From Myxococcales bacterium (GTDB lineage Bacteria; Myxococcota; Myxococcia; Myxococcales; Anaeromyxobacteraceae), in contig JBBQEB010000031.1 of assembly GCA_038320275.1 (NCBI GenBank), forward strand, positions 1-28,514: a stretch of DNA of 28,514 nucleotides, read 5' to 3'. This document shows, piece by piece, positions 25,227 to 28,514 of the stretch. The translations under genes were made by a program, and so were the position numbers. Position 1 is the stretch's first letter. The number at the start of each line of letters is the position of its first letter. The notes below the pieces were generated by a model. It was not told the DNA's origin and ran no database searches. It worked only from the letters and a program-made list of their open reading frames with translations.

Positions 25227-26714
25227 CTACGGAATGACGGTCGTGCCGTTCACGGTGATGGCCGACATCGTGATGGAGCCGGTCCCACCGCCACAGTCGT
25301 CGATGAGGACGAGGGCAGCGAGTGGCTCCGCGAGCTTCGTGCCGCATGCAACGCCGCCGCCCAAACTGCCGTCCAGGAAGAAGCTGTTACCTGTAGCAGA
25401 AGCAGGGGTGAAGTACCTCATGTTGCCCGAGGGGATGGGGCTGTCGATCTGGCAGACGGTGCCGTCCACGAACCGCGCAAGGAAGCGCAGGCTGCCCGAG
25501 TTCAGCGACGCAGCATCGCCGACGACGTACATGGCCGCGGACGTGAAGACGAGACCCTCTGCTCCGGCGATGCGAGCATTGGGGCCGAAGTTGAGAACGC
25601 TACCGGTGTCCGCGACCGTCTTCGTGAACGTCAGGCTGCTCGCGTCCGCCGAAAAAGAAGCGCCGGGGTACGTCTGTACGTCCTGGCAAGCTCCCCACTG
25701 AGCGTTGTGGCACACCTCGATGTACGGCACCGCCGACAGGAGCCCGTTCCTCACGTGAAGAATCACCGACGCGGTGCTCTTGCCACCGTTCCCGTCGGTG
25801 ACGACTACGGTGACCGTGCAGTCTCCAGCGGTCGCCGGAGCGGTGAAGCTGTTGATGTTTCCGTCCGCGACCGTATTGCCCGCCGGATCCACCGTGCCGC
25901 ACGTCGCCGTCCAGGCGTAGCTCAGCGGATCGTGGTCGCTCGCGAAGATGCTGATGAACGTCGACGCGCCGGGCTGAAGCTGAGCCTGCGCCACGTGGAA
26001 CCCGGCGAGGACCGGCCAGTCGTTCAGCGTCACGGTCACGATCGCGCCCTGAGGCGAGTACACGATGGGGAAGCTGACCGAGGAGTAGATCTGCCCGTTC
26101 GACACGGTGAGACCCACCGTCGCGGCTCCCTTGCAGTCGGTCGTGAGCTCCGTGGTCGCAGCCTGAGCGGAGAACGCCACGCTGGTCGAGCCAGGGCAGG
26201 TGAGGGACCATGCGTACGTCAGCGGCATGTCGCCCGTGACCGAGGCCGTGAGCGTGATCGTCTCGCCGTAGGAGGGAGCGCCGTCGCTCAGCGTGATCCC
26301 GCTGATGAAGGGCGAGTCGATGGTGACGTGCCCATCATTCCCGGTCTGCTGAAGCGCGATGACGACCGCCGCCATCTGGTTCTTCAGCACCTGAACCGGC
26401 TTCATGCAGGTGATGTCATACCCCTGCACCTGAGCGCAGAAGGTGTAGGAGCCGACAGGGAGGGTGTCGAGCACCTTGGTGTCGCCGGCGACGTTCGCAT
26501 CGAAGACCCGGTCGCTCGACCAGTTCCAGATGTCGACGGCTGAACCCGTGAAGTCTGCCCGATTGTAGACGCGAAGGGCGAAGCCGTTCGCGGCGACCAC
26601 CGCCGAGGATCGCACCCCGACCTTGACGCTGCCGGTGCCGGCGTCTTGCTGCGCTGAACCACCACACGCCGCCAGCGCGAGCGCCAGCAGGCTTGCTACG
26701 ATTGACTTCTTCAT
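25227..26714 (-). CDS. Lipoprotein with tandem Ig/PKD-like modules and a distinct C-terminal domain (copy A)
   Basis: Same RBS as copy B. MKKSIVASLLALALAACGG lipobox. Shares LSDGAPSYGETIT, YSPQGA.V.VTLN.WP and HVRN with copy B. Confidence 0.85.
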   Translation of the reverse strand: MKKSIVASLLALALAACGGSAQQDAGTGSVKVGVRSSAVVAANGFALRVYNRADFTGSAVDIWNWSSDRVFDANVAGDTKVLDTLPVGSYTFCAQVQGYDITCMKPVQVLKNQMAAVVIALQQTGNDGHVTIDSPFISGITLSDGAPSYGETITLTASVTGDMPLTYAWSLTCPGSTSVAFSAQAATTELTTDCKGAATVGLTVSNGQIYSSVSFPIVYSPQGAIVTVTLNDWPVLAGFHVAQAQLQPGASTFISIFASDHDPLSYAWTATCGTVDPAGNTVADGNINSFTAPATAGDCTVTVVVTDGNGGKSTASVILHVRNGLLSAVPYIEVCHNAQWGACQDVQTYPGASFSADASSLTFTKTVADTGSVLNFGPNARIAGAEGLVFTSAAMYVVGDAASLNSGSLRFLARFVDGTVCQIDSPIPSGNMRYFTPASATGNSFFLDGSLGGGVACGTKLAEPLAALVLIDDCGGGTGSITMSAITVNGTTVIP

Positions 26715-27252
26715 TTCGGCTCTCCTTGAAGGCGCACCCGTCCCTGCGGGTCGAGCGCGCCAGTTGGGCACTGCTCACCACGAGTCCTATTCACTGCTGG
26801 TTGATGAGTTCACCGGCTATGCACTGTCGGTGTGGACTGCATACAACAGCATCGAGGGTGGGCGGACAAGCCGTACTGTGAGGGACACGCGCAGGGGGTC
26901 CCCCGAGGACGGACCTCAGGTACGGGTCATCTCGACCCGCTCGGGCGAAACGTTCGTGATATCGATGTGACGATGGGTCGCAGCCGCTTCGTCAGTTGAT
27001 CTTGAACAACGAGGGCCGCGACGATTTGCCGCAGCGTCAAATCTCGCCAAGACCGTCGCCGGAGGCGGTCCGCAGCGCTCGGCTACCCCCGGGGAGCCGC
27101 GACGGCGCGGCCGGTGCTCACCGCGCCGCACCGCCGAAGGTGTCACACGCCTTCAGGCTACCGCTGTCGAATCCTCTGCGAAACCACTGGGATCGCTGCG
27201 CGGCCGAGCCGTGCGTGAACGTCTCCGGGTTCACCCGTCCGGTGGAGGCGCG
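26658..27252. repeat. Direct repeat, copy 2 (595 bp)
   Basis: Matches 24536-25130. Spans the ypfJ 3' end, the intergenic region and the signal-peptide codons. Confidence 0.95.
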
Positions 27253-27966
27253 CTGAAGCCGGTCGTCTCCCACCGCGGACGCGGCGGCGAGCCCCTTCTC
27301 CACGTCACCGGGGTCGAGCAGGTGGCGCTGGTCGGCGCTCTTCCCCCACACCCCCGCGAAGCAGTCCGCCTGCAGCTCCATCTTCACCGAGAGCGCGTTG
27401 CGCTGGGTGGGATCGCGCTGCTGCGCCGCGCGGACCTTGGGCTCGATGCCCAGCAGGTTCTGCAGGTGGTGCCCCACCTCGTGCGCGATGACGTAGGCCT
27501 GCGCGAACTCGCCGGGAGCGCCGAAGCGCGTCGCGAGCTCCCGGTAGAAGCCGAGGTCGATGTACACGCGCTCGTCGGCGGGGCAGTAGAAGGGCCCCAT
27601 CTCGGCCGCGGCGGCGCCACAGCCGGACCGCGTGCGGTCCCAGAAGAGCACCAGCTTGGCCGGACGGTAGCCCTGCAGCGTCTGTCCCCAGACGTGCTGC
27701 ACGTCGTTGAAGGAGCTGACGGCGACCTTCTCCAGCCCCGTCTCGGCCGCCTCGCGCTGCTGGACCTGCGCGCTCTGGGGCCCGGGCGCGGGGCCGGCGA
27801 CGTTCGACGCTCCCCCCAGCACGGAGAAGAGGTCCTGCCTGAAGACCAGGCTCAGGAGCGCCACCACCACGGTGCCGCCCAGTCCCAGCTTGAGGCCGGC
27901 GCCCCCCATCATCGAGCCGCGCCGGTCCTCCACGTTCGAGCGGTCGCCGTCGTCTCCGAGCTGCAT
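27118..27966 (-). CDS. ypfJ: Neutral zinc metallopeptidase, YpfJ family
   Basis: GAGGAGG RBS. SNVEDRRG, GPFYCPAD, YVIAHEVGHH, ELQADCFAG and FTHGS. Confidence 0.93.
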   Translation of the reverse strand: MQLGDDGDRSNVEDRRGSMMGGAGLKLGLGGTVVVALLSLVFRQDLFSVLGGASNVAGPAPGPQSAQVQQREAAETGLEKVAVSSFNDVQHVWGQTLQGYRPAKLVLFWDRTRSGCGAAAAEMGPFYCPADERVYIDLGFYRELATRFGAPGEFAQAYVIAHEVGHHLQNLLGIEPKVRAAQQRDPTQRNALSVKMELQADCFAGVWGKSADQRHLLDPGDVEKGLAAASAVGDDRLQRASTGRVNPETFTHGSAAQRSQWFRRGFDSGSLKACDTFGGAAR

Positions 27967-28037
27967 CCGTCCTCCTCCTCGCTGATTCGGGCTGGCTTCC
28001 CCTGGCGATGCGCGTCCAGGCGGCGTTAACTTGCGGC

Positions 28038-28427
28038 ATGCCGCGCCCGCGCGCACCCCACAGTCGCGCTCCGCTGGTCGCGTCGGTCGCGCTCGCCCTC
28101 CTTGCGTGCAGCTACCCCGCCCGGCCGCCCGCGGCGCCCGCCTCCCAGCCTGAGCGCCGCAGGATGGAGGCCGACGCCTGCTGGCGCGGCGCCCTCCCGG
28201 CCTGGCTCGACGACGACGCGCTCGCCCTCACCTCCCGCTCCGAGCGCCAGGGCAGCCCCAACGACAGCTTCCAGCCCAGCACCTACGCGGCGCAACCGGC
28301 GCGCGATGCCGAGCGCGCGAGCTCGCGGCCATCGTCGCGGGTGGGGGCGCTGCTCGACGAGCGGCGCGCGTTCGAGCAGCGCTGCGCGCTCCTGAAATCG
28401 GGCGGCAAAGGCATGGGGCTGCCGTGA
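28038..28427 (+). CDS. Hypothetical lipoprotein
   Basis: Basic N-terminus, hydrophobic stretch and lipobox LLAC. Divergent from ypfJ. Confidence 0.55.
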   Translation: MPRPRAPHSRAPLVASVALALLACSYPARPPAAPASQPERRRMEADACWRGALPAWLDDDALALTSRSERQGSPNDSFQPSTYAAQPARDAERASSRPSSRVGALLDERRAFEQRCALLKSGGKGMGLP

Positions 28428-28446
28428 TGGCAGCCCGGCCCTTCCG

Positions 28447-28514
28447 GTGAGCGACCTCGTCCTCTGGCTCTGGATCGCGGGCGTCGTCCTCGCGATCGCC
28501 GTGCGCGTCCTCAC
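28447..28514 (+). CDS. 5' part of a membrane protein truncated by the window edge
   Basis: GTG start, then SDLVLWLWIAGVVLAIAVRVL, with typical codon usage. Confidence 0.45.
   Translation, partial: MSDLVLWLWIAGVVLAIAVRVL

Noticed and set aside
24794..25347. Small ORFs inside the repeat (24794-25024, 26916-27146, 25021-25347)
   Set aside because: They recur only because the DNA is duplicated, and they overlap the ypfJ tail or the terminator in other frames.
24536..27252. IS element, prophage att pair, integron or diversity-generating retroelement as the source of the repeat
   Set aside because: No transposase, integrase or reverse transcriptase is in the window, there are no terminal inverted repeats or attC-like sites, and the mismatches are not adenine-specific.

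Overview
A GC-rich bacterial window whose gene content and style suggest an Anaeromyxobacter-like member of Myxococcota (inference). From left to right it holds: a Zn/NADP alcohol dehydrogenase; a secreted cupredoxin-like protein transcribed divergently from a tightly coupled respiratory operon (subunit III, subunit IV, small CxxC protein, subunit II, subunit I, second subunit III, diheme cytochrome c lipoprotein, Cyc2-type cytochrome-porin fusion, second diheme cytochrome c, small membrane protein); lemA plus an M48 protease; a MOSC protein; a divergent GlpX-like protein; an ECF transporter with an embedded methyltransferase; a small basic protein; a probable oxalate-assimilation trio preceded by a possible oxlT remnant; a CGAC micro-repeat tract; a hemerythrin; two paralogous lipoproteins each behind a copy of a 595-bp direct repeat that includes the 3' end of ypfJ; and ypfJ itself. 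The best candidate for an undescribed system is the 1.4-9.9 kb block. It looks like a complete outer-membrane-to-O2 electron wire, and its A1-type oxidase keeps the D-channel but lacks the canonical K-channel residues. All calls come from reading the sequence and translations by eye. No searches were run.
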